Of a DNA stretch of 64,000 nucleotides, positions 45,765 to 55,370 are shown in pieces. Location: contig JAYVEQ010000018.1 of the NCBI GenBank assembly GCA_043748745.1, forward strand, positions 27,022 to 91,021, in the 5' to 3' direction. The translations under genes were made by a program, and so were the position numbers. The first letter of the stretch is position 1, and every line of letters starts with the position of its first letter. The notes beneath the pieces are model-generated. The model was given only the letters and a program-made list of their open reading frames with translations. It had not been told where the DNA came from and searched no databases. The DNA is from Chitinophagaceae bacterium. GTDB lineage: Bacteria; Bacteroidota; Bacteroidia; Chitinophagales; Chitinophagaceae.

Positions 45765-46958
45765 TTGCATATGAACGAGAAATTTGTAAGCCGCATTGCT
45801 ACCGAACTGGGTGAAATTGAATCTGCAGGCCTCTCCAAAAAAGAACGCATCATCAGCAGCGAACAGGGAGCCGAAATTATTGTAAACGGAAAGACAGTAC
45901 TGAACTTTTGTGCCAATAATTATCTTGGCCTTTCTTCACACCCTAAAGTAGTAGCCGCCGCAAAAAAATATATTGACCTGCGTGGCTATGGTATGAGCAG
46001 TGTTCGTTTTATATGCGGCACACAGGATATTCATAAAGAACTGGAAAAAAAGCTGGCCGATTTTTTAGGAACAGAAGATACCATTTTATACGCCGCTGCC
46101 TTTGATGCCAACGGTGGTGTTTTTGAACCTTTGTTTGGAGAAGAAGATGCCATCATTTCCGATGCACTCAATCATGCTTCAATTATTGATGGCGTTCGTT
46201 TGTGTAAAGCGCAGCGCTACCGCTTTGAGCATAATAATATGGAAGACCTGGAAGCGAAACTTAAAGAATCGGCTCATTTGCGCAGCAGGATAATTGTAAC
46301 CGACGGAAGTTTCAGCATGGATGGAACTATTGCACAGTTAGATAAAATTTGTGACCTCGCCGATAAATACGATGCGATTGTAATGATAGATGAATGCCAT
46401 AGCAGCGGATTTTTAGGTAAGACCGGAAGAGGAACGCATGAATACCGGAATGTGATGGGACGAATTGATATCATCACCGGCACTTTGGGTAAAGCACTTG
46501 GTGGCGCAAGCGGTGGTTTCACCAGTGGCAGAAAAGAGATTATTGAAATGCTCCGCCAAAGAAGCCGTCCTTATTTATTCAGCAATACCGTTGCACCAAG
46601 TATTGTAGGGGCAAGCATTGCTGTTTTGGATATGCTGAGCGAAACAACCGAATTAAGAGACACACTCGAAAACAACACCAAATATTTCCGTACAAAAATG
46701 ACCGAAGCCGGTTTTGATATAAAGCCGGGCGATCATCCCATTGTGCCCATCATGTTATATGATGCTGTGTTGGCTCAAAACTTTGCTGCCAAACTTTTGG
46801 ATGAAGGCATTTATGTTATTGGATTTTTCTTCCCGGTGGTAGCCAAAGGACAGGCAAGAATTCGTGTTCAATTAAGTGCGGCACATAACCAGCGGCATTT
46901 AGATAAGGCGATAGAAGCATTTACCAAGACCGGCAAAGAACTAGGCGTATTAAAATAA
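45765..46958 (+). CDS. kbl: glycine C-acetyltransferase (2-amino-3-ketobutyrate CoA ligase)
   Basis: NFCANNYLGL, DALNHASIIDG, IDECHS, and the PLP-lysine context TGTLGKALGGASGG. Confidence 0.9.
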   Translation: MHMNEKFVSRIATELGEIESAGLSKKERIISSEQGAEIIVNGKTVLNFCANNYLGLSSHPKVVAAAKKYIDLRGYGMSSVRFICGTQDIHKELEKKLADFLGTEDTILYAAAFDANGGVFEPLFGEEDAIISDALNHASIIDGVRLCKAQRYRFEHNNMEDLEAKLKESAHLRSRIIVTDGSFSMDGTIAQLDKICDLADKYDAIVMIDECHSSGFLGKTGRGTHEYRNVMGRIDIITGTLGKALGGASGGFTSGRKEIIEMLRQRSRPYLFSNTVAPSIVGASIAVLDMLSETTELRDTLENNTKYFRTKMTEAGFDIKPGDHPIVPIMLYDAVLAQNFAAKLLDEGIYVIGFFFPVVAKGQARIRVQLSAAHNQRHLDKAIEAFTKTGKELGVLK

Positions 46959-47010
46959 TTTCCGCTTGCTAAATTGACGGCAAACGAATACCAAACCTAA
47001 ACCATTCTAT

Positions 47011-48768
47011 ATGAAATATTTTATTTCCAGCTTTACTATTGCTGTATTGTTTTTAAGTATGAGCTGCAATTCTAAAAAACAAAATGCAGCTGGCGATACA
47101 GATAAGCTTTTTGCCAATTTTGAAAATGTTTTTTTAGATGCTTATTGGAACCAATATCCCAGCGGTTCTATTTATGCAGGCTATGGTAAATATTATGACA
47201 AACTGGTTATACCCAACAAGGCAGCTTTTGATGGCGCTATTGCTTTTTCCAAATTATGGATCGATTCGTTAAGCAAACTGAATTATGAGCAACTCAGCGA
47301 TAACAATAAAATAAGTTTCAATATTATTAAAAATCAGCTGGAAAGCGATACCTGGTACACATCCGTTTTTAAAATACACGAATGGGATGCATCCATCTAT
47401 AATATAAGCGGCCCCAGCGACTATATTATCAACCAGCCCTATGCTGGTTTGGATGAGCGTCTTAAAATTCTTACAAGCTACCTGGCCCATACCGATGAAT
47501 ATTTTGCTGCGGCCATAAGCAATCTTCATCAGCCAACATTAGAGCATATTAAATTATCGATACTGCAAAACCAGGGCGGGCTTGACGTTTTTGGCACTGC
47601 GCTTTCCGACTCTATTAAAACATCGCATTTAACCACGGCAGAAAAAGACAGCCTGCAACAAAACATAAACAAAACAACTGCCGCTATCAACAAATTTGTA
47701 AATGAGCTGAAAGCAATTGCTGCAGATAAAAATTATGTGTTCAGAAGTTTCAGGATAGGCAAAGAACTATTTACACAAAAATTCAAATACGACCTGGCAA
47801 CAGACCTCACGCCTGAACAGGTGTATGAAAAAGCGGTTGCCGACAAAAAGTTTTATCACGATAAAATGTTTGTGAACGCAGACAGTCTTTGGTCAAAATA
47901 CTATACAACAGAAAGCAAACCAAAAGACAGTTTAGAATTAATACAATTGGTATTGAATAAAATTCAGCTTAACCATGCAAAACCTGTAGATTTTTTTGAT
48001 TCCATCAACAGTCAGGTTTACCAGTTAAAAAAATTCATTATTGAAAAGAAATTATTCGACTTTGATACCACGCTTACGCCCATAAAAGTGAGGTATATGC
48101 CGGTTTATGCACGGGGCGTTTCTTCTGCCAGTGCTGATTTTTTGCCGCCATATCAAAAACAGGGAACCACTTATTATAATATTGATGACCTGACACTTTA
48201 TCCACCCGAAAAAGCCGAGAGCGCTTTAAGGGAAGATAATTATTATGCTTCGCAGATATTATCAATACATGAGGCCATACCGGGGCATTGCCTTCAGGGC
48301 ATTTATAATAATAAAAAATCACCGGATGTATTGCGTTCTGTTTTTCAAAACGGGGCAATGGTAGAAGGGTGGGCAGTTTATACCGAAGGCATGATGATTG
48401 AAAATGGCTGGGGCGATCATGCGCCGGAAATAGAACTGGCGCTTGGCACATGGCGGCTTCGGGAACTGGCAAATGTTATTATTGATTACGATAATCAATG
48501 CCTGAATAAATCCAAAGAAGAAATCGTTCATTTTTTAATTACAGAATGTTTTCAAACTGGGGCGCAGGTAGAAGAAAAATATCATCGAATGACAGTTTCT
48601 CAGGTTCAGCTTTGTTCTTATTATACGGGTGCAACGGCCATACAAACACTCAGGGATGATTATAAAAAGAAAATGGGCAACGATTACAGTTTAAAAGATT
48701 TTCATGAGAAATTTTTAAGCTTTGGCAGTTCGCCGGTTAAATACATACGTGAAAGAATGTTGCAATAA
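47011..48768 (+). CDS. DUF885 family lipoprotein
   Basis: Lipobox LSMSC and HEAIPGHCLQ (the HExxPGH motif characteristic of DUF885). Confidence 0.75.
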   Translation: MKYFISSFTIAVLFLSMSCNSKKQNAAGDTDKLFANFENVFLDAYWNQYPSGSIYAGYGKYYDKLVIPNKAAFDGAIAFSKLWIDSLSKLNYEQLSDNNKISFNIIKNQLESDTWYTSVFKIHEWDASIYNISGPSDYIINQPYAGLDERLKILTSYLAHTDEYFAAAISNLHQPTLEHIKLSILQNQGGLDVFGTALSDSIKTSHLTTAEKDSLQQNINKTTAAINKFVNELKAIAADKNYVFRSFRIGKELFTQKFKYDLATDLTPEQVYEKAVADKKFYHDKMFVNADSLWSKYYTTESKPKDSLELIQLVLNKIQLNHAKPVDFFDSINSQVYQLKKFIIEKKLFDFDTTLTPIKVRYMPVYARGVSSASADFLPPYQKQGTTYYNIDDLTLYPPEKAESALREDNYYASQILSIHEAIPGHCLQGIYNNKKSPDVLRSVFQNGAMVEGWAVYTEGMMIENGWGDHAPEIELALGTWRLRELANVIIDYDNQCLNKSKEEIVHFLITECFQTGAQVEEKYHRMTVSQVQLCSYYTGATAIQTLRDDYKKKMGNDYSLKDFHEKFLSFGSSPVKYIRERMLQ

Positions 48769-48936
48769 TGTTTGGTGAATAAATTCGAATTTAGAAGTGA
48801 CCGTTTTTAAAAAGCCATCGCCTCTAATCACAATTCTTTACCTTCGCTTCGATAAAAGATGATAAGGATTACCGGACCTGAACGGAGCGTCGCCAATGAA
48901 GTTCCAACAGGGTAAAATGCCAGTCACTAAAATAAC

Positions 48937-50313
48937 ATGTCAGAACAATCACAAACCTTTATAGCTAAAAGCACCGTTAAAGCCGCCGACCTGGAGCATC
49001 GGCGCAAGATCAATTTTAATATTGGCAAATACAATACCGTTGTACCCAAAGGAAAAGAACAGTTTGCCGATGTGCACCTGGCCAGGGAAAGGGCCAAGAA
49101 TGTGAAATGGCGTGCCATTGAAACACTGGACCAACAACTGGAAGAATTTGAACTCAACTTTAGTAAACGTGGCGGTAAAGTCATCTGGGCCGAAAACAGT
49201 CAGCAGGCCATTGATGAGGTTTTAAAAATTTGTGCGGAGAAGAATTGCAGATCGCTGGTGAAGAGCAAGAGCATGGTTACTGAAGAAATTCACCTGAATG
49301 ATGCACTGGAAAAAAATGGTATTGAAAGTATTGAGACCGACCTTGGCGAATATATTCAGCAACTGGATGGCGAAGCGCCTTACCATATTGTAACGCCTGC
49401 CATGCACAAAAGCAAGGAAGATGTTGCCAAACTCTTTAATAAAAAATTAGGCACCTCTATTAATTTAACCCCTGCAGAATTAACACAGGTTGCCCGTAAT
49501 ATTCTCCGTGAAAAATATGTGCAGGCCGAAGTTGGTGTTACCGGCGCTAATTTTATCATCAGCGATATTGGTGGTATTGCCATTACCGAAAATGAAGGCA
49601 ATGCCAGGTTGAGTTGTGCTTTTCCTAAAACGCATATTGTAATTGTGGGTATCGAAAAAATGATACCGTCCATTACCGACCTGGGATTGTTCTGGCCATT
49701 GCTTGCAACCTTTGGTACCGGGCAAAAAATTACCGTGTATAATACCATCGTTACCGGGCCAAGACAGGAGAATGAAACCGATGGTCCTGAAGAAATGTAT
49801 GTCATCTTATTAGATAACGGCCGTACTAATATTTTAAAAAATCCCAAACAACGGGAGAGTTTGTATTGTATCCGTTGCGGCGCCTGTTTAAATGCATGCC
49901 CCATCTATAAAAATATTGGCGGTCATGCTTATGGTGCTACCTACAGCGGCCCCATTGGCAGTGTAATTACGCCACACCTGCAGGGCATGGAAGAATTCAA
50001 ACACTTAAGTTATGCCTCCTCTTTATGTGGCAACTGCACCGAAGTATGTGCCGTAAAAATTAATTTACATGAGTTGCTGTTAGAGAACAGGCATGAATCG
50101 GTGGAAGAAGGATTAACAAGCATTACTGAACGGATGGCCTGGAAAGTTTGGCGCATGGCTAGTTTAAAAAGAGGGATGATGAATATGGGTAGCGGTAATT
50201 TAAAAAATAAAGTAGTGAACGGTATGTTCAAAGGCTGGAAAGAAAACCGGAGCGATCTGAATTTCAGCCAGAAGACATTTAACCAGCTATGGAAGGAACG
50301 GTTTAAGAATTGA
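48937..50313 (+). CDS. LutB/YkgF-like iron-sulfur protein (LUD domain + 4Fe-4S dicluster)
   Basis: CIRCGACLNACPIY and CGNCTEVCAVKI ferredoxin motifs follow a LUD-type N-terminal region. Confidence 0.8.
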   Translation: MSEQSQTFIAKSTVKAADLEHRRKINFNIGKYNTVVPKGKEQFADVHLARERAKNVKWRAIETLDQQLEEFELNFSKRGGKVIWAENSQQAIDEVLKICAEKNCRSLVKSKSMVTEEIHLNDALEKNGIESIETDLGEYIQQLDGEAPYHIVTPAMHKSKEDVAKLFNKKLGTSINLTPAELTQVARNILREKYVQAEVGVTGANFIISDIGGIAITENEGNARLSCAFPKTHIVIVGIEKMIPSITDLGLFWPLLATFGTGQKITVYNTIVTGPRQENETDGPEEMYVILLDNGRTNILKNPKQRESLYCIRCGACLNACPIYKNIGGHAYGATYSGPIGSVITPHLQGMEEFKHLSYASSLCGNCTEVCAVKINLHELLLENRHESVEEGLTSITERMAWKVWRMASLKRGMMNMGSGNLKNKVVNGMFKGWKENRSDLNFSQKTFNQLWKERFKN

Positions 50314-50370
50314 GAGTTATGAATTATAAATTGGTTTCATTGTGGTGGAACTTTTTTATTTTGTGCAGTA

Positions 50371-51681
50371 ATGATATTGATCTACGCTCATATTACCTCA
50401 TCAAGACTGCAATACATCTGTTCCTTTATCTTTAAAGAATTGTTGGGAGTTGATTTTAAAATCACCATTGATTCGGAAGAATATAAAAGCCATGATGGAG
50501 TAAAGATCAATTACAGTGATACTGAAATTTCACCGAATGAATTCAGGATACAAAATCATACACTTCTTTTTGATTCCGGCATCAGAGAGCAGCTTATTGA
50601 ATGTTTTGATGTGAATAATACTAGGGCATTTTTTAAATCAACAAACTGTGATTTCCCCTTTGATATTTTTGCTGCTTCATTTTATTTACTGAGTCGTTAT
50701 GAAGAATACCTGCCACATGAAAAAGATATGTACGGCAGGTATGCCCATGAAAATTCTTTGGCATTTAAAGAAGGATTCTTGAATTTACCGTTGATAAATA
50801 TGTGGGTGAATCATTTGGTAAAAACCCTGCAACGGGAGTTTCCTTCATTCAAAATTCAAAATTCAAAATTCAAAATTATTGCAACATATGATATTGACAT
50901 GGCTTTTTCCTACAAACACAAAAGCTTATTGAGAAATATTGGTGGTTTTTTAAGGTCCCCTTCGATGGAACGAATAAAAGTTTTGGCAGGTTTACAAAAA
51001 GATCCCTTTGAAAGTTATGAATGGCTGCATCAATTACATCAACAATATAATTTACAACCGCTGTACTTTTTTTTAGTGGCCGAAAAGAATGGCCAATATG
51101 ATAAAAACATTCTGCCGCATAAAGATGCCATGTGGAAATTGATAAAGCAACATGCAAAAAAATATAACATCGGTTTACATCCTTCCTGGCAAAGTGGAGA
51201 TAACCCCTCTTTATTAAAAAAAGAAAAGCTACAGTTGGAAGCGATGAGTGATATCGGTCAGGCCACTCTAAGTGGCCAGACCGGTTTTAAATCACGTCAG
51301 CACTTTATCCGCCTGAATTTACCGGAAGGGTACAACAGATTAATTGAAGCCCGAATTACCGATGACTATTCCATGGGCTATGGCAGTATCAATGGTTTCA
51401 GGGCATCCGTTGCTTCTTCCTTTTATTGGTACAACCTGGAAAAAGAAGAACAAACCCCTTTGCAGATTCATCCATTCTGTTTTATGGATGCCAATTCTTT
51501 TTACGAACAAAAACAATCAGCTCAACAAACATTTAATGAGATGATACATTATTTATCTGTTTGTAAAAATGTAAATGGAACCCTCATTACTATCTGGCAT
51601 AATAATTTTTTGGGAGATGCCGGAGAATTTAAAGGATGGGCAACAATGTATGAACAGTTTATTGCTCAGGCTCTGCAATAA
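50371..51681 (+). CDS. hypothetical protein, possibly polysaccharide-deacetylase (NodB)-like C-terminal half
   Basis: ATYDIDMAF and GLHPSW resemble NodB-fold motifs. The assignment is weak. Confidence 0.5.
   Translation: MILIYAHITSSRLQYICSFIFKELLGVDFKITIDSEEYKSHDGVKINYSDTEISPNEFRIQNHTLLFDSGIREQLIECFDVNNTRAFFKSTNCDFPFDIFAASFYLLSRYEEYLPHEKDMYGRYAHENSLAFKEGFLNLPLINMWVNHLVKTLQREFPSFKIQNSKFKIIATYDIDMAFSYKHKSLLRNIGGFLRSPSMERIKVLAGLQKDPFESYEWLHQLHQQYNLQPLYFFLVAEKNGQYDKNILPHKDAMWKLIKQHAKKYNIGLHPSWQSGDNPSLLKKEKLQLEAMSDIGQATLSGQTGFKSRQHFIRLNLPEGYNRLIEARITDDYSMGYGSINGFRASVASSFYWYNLEKEEQTPLQIHPFCFMDANSFYEQKQSAQQTFNEMIHYLSVCKNVNGTLITIWHNNFLGDAGEFKGWATMYEQFIAQALQ
50847..50877. repeat. heptanucleotide tandem repeat (ATTCAAA)x4.4 inside a CDS
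   Basis: attcaaa x4 + att, counted directly. It encodes FKIQNSKFKI. Confidence 0.9.
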
Positions 51682-52600
51682 TTTTTTCATTACTGCGCTT
51701 GATACTGTAATTTACCAGGAACACGCCAATGAGTGTTACAATAGCACCCCACAAAATATAGATCGTCAATTTTTCGTGCAATACAATGGCAGCTGTTACC
51801 ATAGCAACCAGCGGATTAATATAGGCATACAAAGAAGATACCGCTGCCGGTAAGTTTTTCATGGAATAAATAAAAGCAACAAAGGCCAGCAGTGAACCGG
51901 CTAAAACGAGGTAAGTGATGGCACCCCAGGCTGTGGCCGAAATATTTTTTATAGCAATTGTAGGCTGCGTGGCTTCTGCCACAATAAATAAAATAAATGA
52001 ACTGATAAGCATTTGCCAGCCTGTTGCGTAATATGGATTTATTTTTAATTTACCCCTTGCAATAATGATAGTACCTACACTCCAGGATAACATGGCAATA
52101 ACTGACAAACCAACGCCGAAAATAAATCCATCAGGATGATGCTGAAAAGTATTTTCATAAAATACAATGCCGATGCCAGTAATACCAAGTAATAAACCAA
52201 TAAAAGTAAGTATGGTCATATTGCGGCTTTTAAAAAAAACCATTTCAATGATCACCACACTCAACGGATACAATGCCCCCACCAATGCACTTAAACCTGT
52301 AGGAATATATTGCAGGCTCCAGGTGCTTAACCCGTTTGCCATTACAAACATCAGCAATGCCATTATTAAAAGCCACAAAAATTCTCTACGGGTTGGTAAT
52401 GACAATTTTTTATACAACATGAAAAATAAAACAAAGCACATACCGCCTAAGAACTGGCGTATGTAGGCCATTTGCAATGCCGGAATCTCTGCAACACCAA
52501 TTTTACTGGCCACCCAAGTAGTACCCCAGACTATACTGGTAATGCCCAAAGCCAGGTATCCTCCTGCTTTTCCTTTTGGTAAATTTTTGCTGATACCCAT
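51659..52600 (-). CDS. DMT superfamily transporter (EamA-type, 10 TM)
   Basis: Two EamA-like halves, each with five hydrophobic segments. Confidence 0.8.
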   Translation of the reverse strand: MGISKNLPKGKAGGYLALGITSIVWGTTWVASKIGVAEIPALQMAYIRQFLGGMCFVLFFMLYKKLSLPTRREFLWLLIMALLMFVMANGLSTWSLQYIPTGLSALVGALYPLSVVIIEMVFFKSRNMTILTFIGLLLGITGIGIVFYENTFQHHPDGFIFGVGLSVIAMLSWSVGTIIIARGKLKINPYYATGWQMLISSFILFIVAEATQPTIAIKNISATAWGAITYLVLAGSLLAFVAFIYSMKNLPAAVSSLYAYINPLVAMVTAAIVLHEKLTIYILWGAIVTLIGVFLVNYSIKRSNEKIIAEPEQ

Positions 52601-52616
52601 TTATAATTGCAGTTGA

Positions 52617-54182
52617 TTAATGTTTAAAATGCCGGAGACCGGTGATCACCATCGATAAATTATTTTGTTTGCAATAGTCAATAGAATCCTTATCCCGTAT
52701 AGAACCTCCCGGTTGTATAAAAGAACTTATACCTGCAGCATGAGCAATTTTTACACAATCATCAAACGGAAAGAACGCATCGCTTGCCAGCGCAGCTCCA
52801 GTTAAATCAAAATTAAACTGCTTTGCTTTTTCTATAGATTGGCATAACGAATCTATTCTTGAAGTTTGTCCGCACCCCTTGCCAATCAGTTGTTTATTTT
52901 TTACCAGCGCAATGGAGTTACTTTTTAAATGCTTGCAGATAATGTTTGCAAAGATCAGGTCATCTTTTTCATATGCACTTGTTTCTCTCCCCCCTTCTTC
53001 CTTCCATTCAGTATAATTACCTGTATCATTTTCCTGTGTAAGTATGCCGTTTAAAACAGATCTATATTGATGGGTTAAATTCAGTTTTGTTTTTTGTTGC
53101 AAAAGGATCCGGTTCTTTTTTATTTTTAAAATCTCCAATGCATCCACGTCAAAAGATGGGGCAATTAAAACTTCAAAAAATATTTCATTGATTGCTTTAG
53201 CTGTTACCAGGTCAACAGCAGCATTGCAAACCAATACTCCGCCAAAAGCACTTTCGGGGTCTCCGGCCAATGCTCCATCCCATGCTTCTTTCAGGGTTGC
53301 TCTTGATGAAATGCCGCACACATTAGTATGCTTGATAATAGCAAAAACATTCCCGGCCTCCCCTAAATCCCCTCTCAAGGAGGGGACTTTTGCACTCTGC
53401 GTATTTGAAGTGCTTTTGAATTCAGCAATCAATTGTATCGCTGAATCTACATCTACTAAATTATTATACGATAATTCCTTGCCATGAAGTTTTTCAAAAA
53501 TCTCATCGATGTTACCATAATATATTCCCTGCTGATGTGGATTTTCTCCATATCGCAAAACAGTTTTCTCTTTATTAAATGAATTTATAAAACTGGTTTG
53601 GTTAAAGTAATTGGAGATAGCCATATCATAACCGGTGCAAACATCAAATGCTTTAATGGCAAACATTCTCCGCTGCTCCAAACTGGTTTCGCCTTTCTGT
53701 TCCATTAAAATTTTTTCCAGTAATAAATAATCTTTTTTTGCCGCCACTACTAAAACCGAATCATGATTTTTTGCAGCAGCACGTATCATGGATGGGCCGC
53801 CGATATCAATTTTTTCAATGATCAGTTTTTCATCCGAAGTTGTTCTTACTGTTTCTTCAAAAGGATACAGATCAACAATGACCAGGTCAATTTCCGGAAT
53901 CTTGTATTCTTTCATCTCATCTACATGCTGTGCATCGTCCCGTTTACCTAATATCCCTCCAAATACTGATGGATGCAATGTTTTTACCCGGCCACCCAAA
54001 ATTGAAGGATAAGTTGTTAATGACTCGACAGGAATACAAGGCACACTTAAGTCCTCAATAAATTTTTGTGTACCTCCGGTAGAATAAATGATTATTCCCA
54101 GCTGGTGTAATTGTTGTACAATGTTTTCCAGCCCGTCTTTATAAAAAACCGAGATGAGTGCCGCCTGAATCTTTTTCTGCAT
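52617..54182 (-). CDS. purH: bifunctional AICAR transformylase / IMP cyclohydrolase
   Basis: ALISVFYKDGL, STGGTQKF, LGGRVKTLHP, YGENPHQQ, LSYNN, IIKHTNVCG, AFGGVL, IIQPGGSIRD-like C-terminus. Confidence 0.95.
   Translation of the reverse strand: MQKKIQAALISVFYKDGLENIVQQLHQLGIIIYSTGGTQKFIEDLSVPCIPVESLTTYPSILGGRVKTLHPSVFGGILGKRDDAQHVDEMKEYKIPEIDLVIVDLYPFEETVRTTSDEKLIIEKIDIGGPSMIRAAAKNHDSVLVVAAKKDYLLLEKILMEQKGETSLEQRRMFAIKAFDVCTGYDMAISNYFNQTSFINSFNKEKTVLRYGENPHQQGIYYGNIDEIFEKLHGKELSYNNLVDVDSAIQLIAEFKSTSNTQSAKVPSLRGDLGEAGNVFAIIKHTNVCGISSRATLKEAWDGALAGDPESAFGGVLVCNAAVDLVTAKAINEIFFEVLIAPSFDVDALEILKIKKNRILLQQKTKLNLTHQYRSVLNGILTQENDTGNYTEWKEEGGRETSAYEKDDLIFANIICKHLKSNSIALVKNKQLIGKGCGQTSRIDSLCQSIEKAKQFNFDLTGAALASDAFFPFDDCVKIAHAAGISSFIQPGGSIRDKDSIDYCKQNNLSMVITGLRHFKH
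53352..53390. repeat. GC-rich palindromic repeat-like insert inside purH
   Basis: On the minus strand: aaagtcccctccttgagaggggatttaggggaggccggg. Hairpin tcccctc/gagggga lies at 53368-53386. It translates in frame as KVPSLRGDLGEAG. Confidence 0.6.
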
Positions 54183-54345
54183 GTGTTTTGGTTAACAGGA
54201 TTGCAATAAGAAAAGTGAAATCGTATGTATTTAATTTTGCTGCAAATTTACATTTTTTGACCTTAGCAAAATAGCCTTAAGTATTTGTATTATCAATTAA
54301 ATGCTAAAAGGCAATGCCTATACATCAGTATTGAAGAAAAAATAT

Positions 54346-55281
54346 TTAACGTCCTGTAAAAAATATTTCGGCCCGGGAATTTAAATCTATCTCACGGGGA
54401 TTTTTTCCGGCATTTAAAGGCCTTGTATTACTATAGCTTTTTACATCATTTATCCTGGAAAGGTTGACCAGGCGTGAAAGCAGGTATTGTTTTACTATTT
54501 CAGCTCTTTCTTTTGCAAGCCGGTCACATACTGCATTTATTCCTTCTGCTTTATACGCATGCCCTTCAATAGAAATTGAGAGCGCAGGATTTTCAGTTAA
54601 AATGGCAATTACGCTATCCAGCACTTTATAGGTTGCTGCATATAAAGCAGATTCCTGCGTTGGGAAAGGTACAATAACAGCATCTTTACCAGGGCATCCA
54701 TTATTGTCTTTATATCCAAAAACATCAGGACATTTGTCGTCCCTATCTACAATGCCATCTTCATCTCTATCTTCAATTTCTGGTCTTTTGGGTGGTGGCG
54801 GGTAATTCATTATTAACTCTGCACGTACGTTTACGATGAGTCCGTCTTTGTCAATTTTTTTAATTAGCGGATCCGCTTTGCCAAAACCTTTTACTGCAAG
54901 AATTCTTGAGCTGTCAATACCCCGTCCTAAAACATAAGTTTGTATAAACAAAGCCCTGTTTAAAGAAAGGTAATAACAGATCGTATCGTTGCCTTCATCT
55001 TTATAAGCATACCCATCAATAGAAAGTGTTATTGCCGGGTTTTTAAGCATAAAAGATATTATACTATCCAGTGAATTAAAAGTAAAAGCATGAAATAAGG
55101 CTGATTGTTTATAGTCAAACCGGATAACAATGGTATCCCTGATTTTTTGCTGAAAACAATTTTTGCTGAAATAAATTGAAGCGCTGGTGGTTTTATTCTT
55201 TATGTTAATACCCGACGGACCCGCAAAAACAGCTGAACTGTTAATCAAAAAAAATAAAACAATCCACCTGGATATTTTCAT
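54346..55281 (-). CDS. OmpA-family protein with two OmpA_C-like domains joined by a TSP3-type acidic linker
   Basis: Two copies of the pattern L(D/N)S(I/V)I..L..NPA(I/L)(T/S)(L/I)SI(D/E)G(Y/H)AYK. Linker is EDRDEDGIVDRDDKCPD. Confidence 0.7.
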   Translation of the reverse strand: MKISRWIVLFFLINSSAVFAGPSGINIKNKTTSASIYFSKNCFQQKIRDTIVIRFDYKQSALFHAFTFNSLDSIISFMLKNPAITLSIDGYAYKDEGNDTICYYLSLNRALFIQTYVLGRGIDSSRILAVKGFGKADPLIKKIDKDGLIVNVRAELIMNYPPPPKRPEIEDRDEDGIVDRDDKCPDVFGYKDNNGCPGKDAVIVPFPTQESALYAATYKVLDSVIAILTENPALSISIEGHAYKAEGINAVCDRLAKERAEIVKQYLLSRLVNLSRINDVKSYSNTRPLNAGKNPREIDLNSRAEIFFTGR

Positions 55282-55370
55282 TCTTAAAAATTTAATGGTT
55301 GCATAAAGGTACTTACTACTGATAATAATTTGTAATATCTCCCGATTGACCTGGAAATGGAAATCGCAAC

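Noticed and set aside
48769-48936. 168-nt leader upstream of the LutB-like gene, inspected for a riboswitch or attenuator.
   Set aside because: Only short, inconsistent complementarities (gtgac/gtcac, ccg...cgg) are present, and no recognisable motif.
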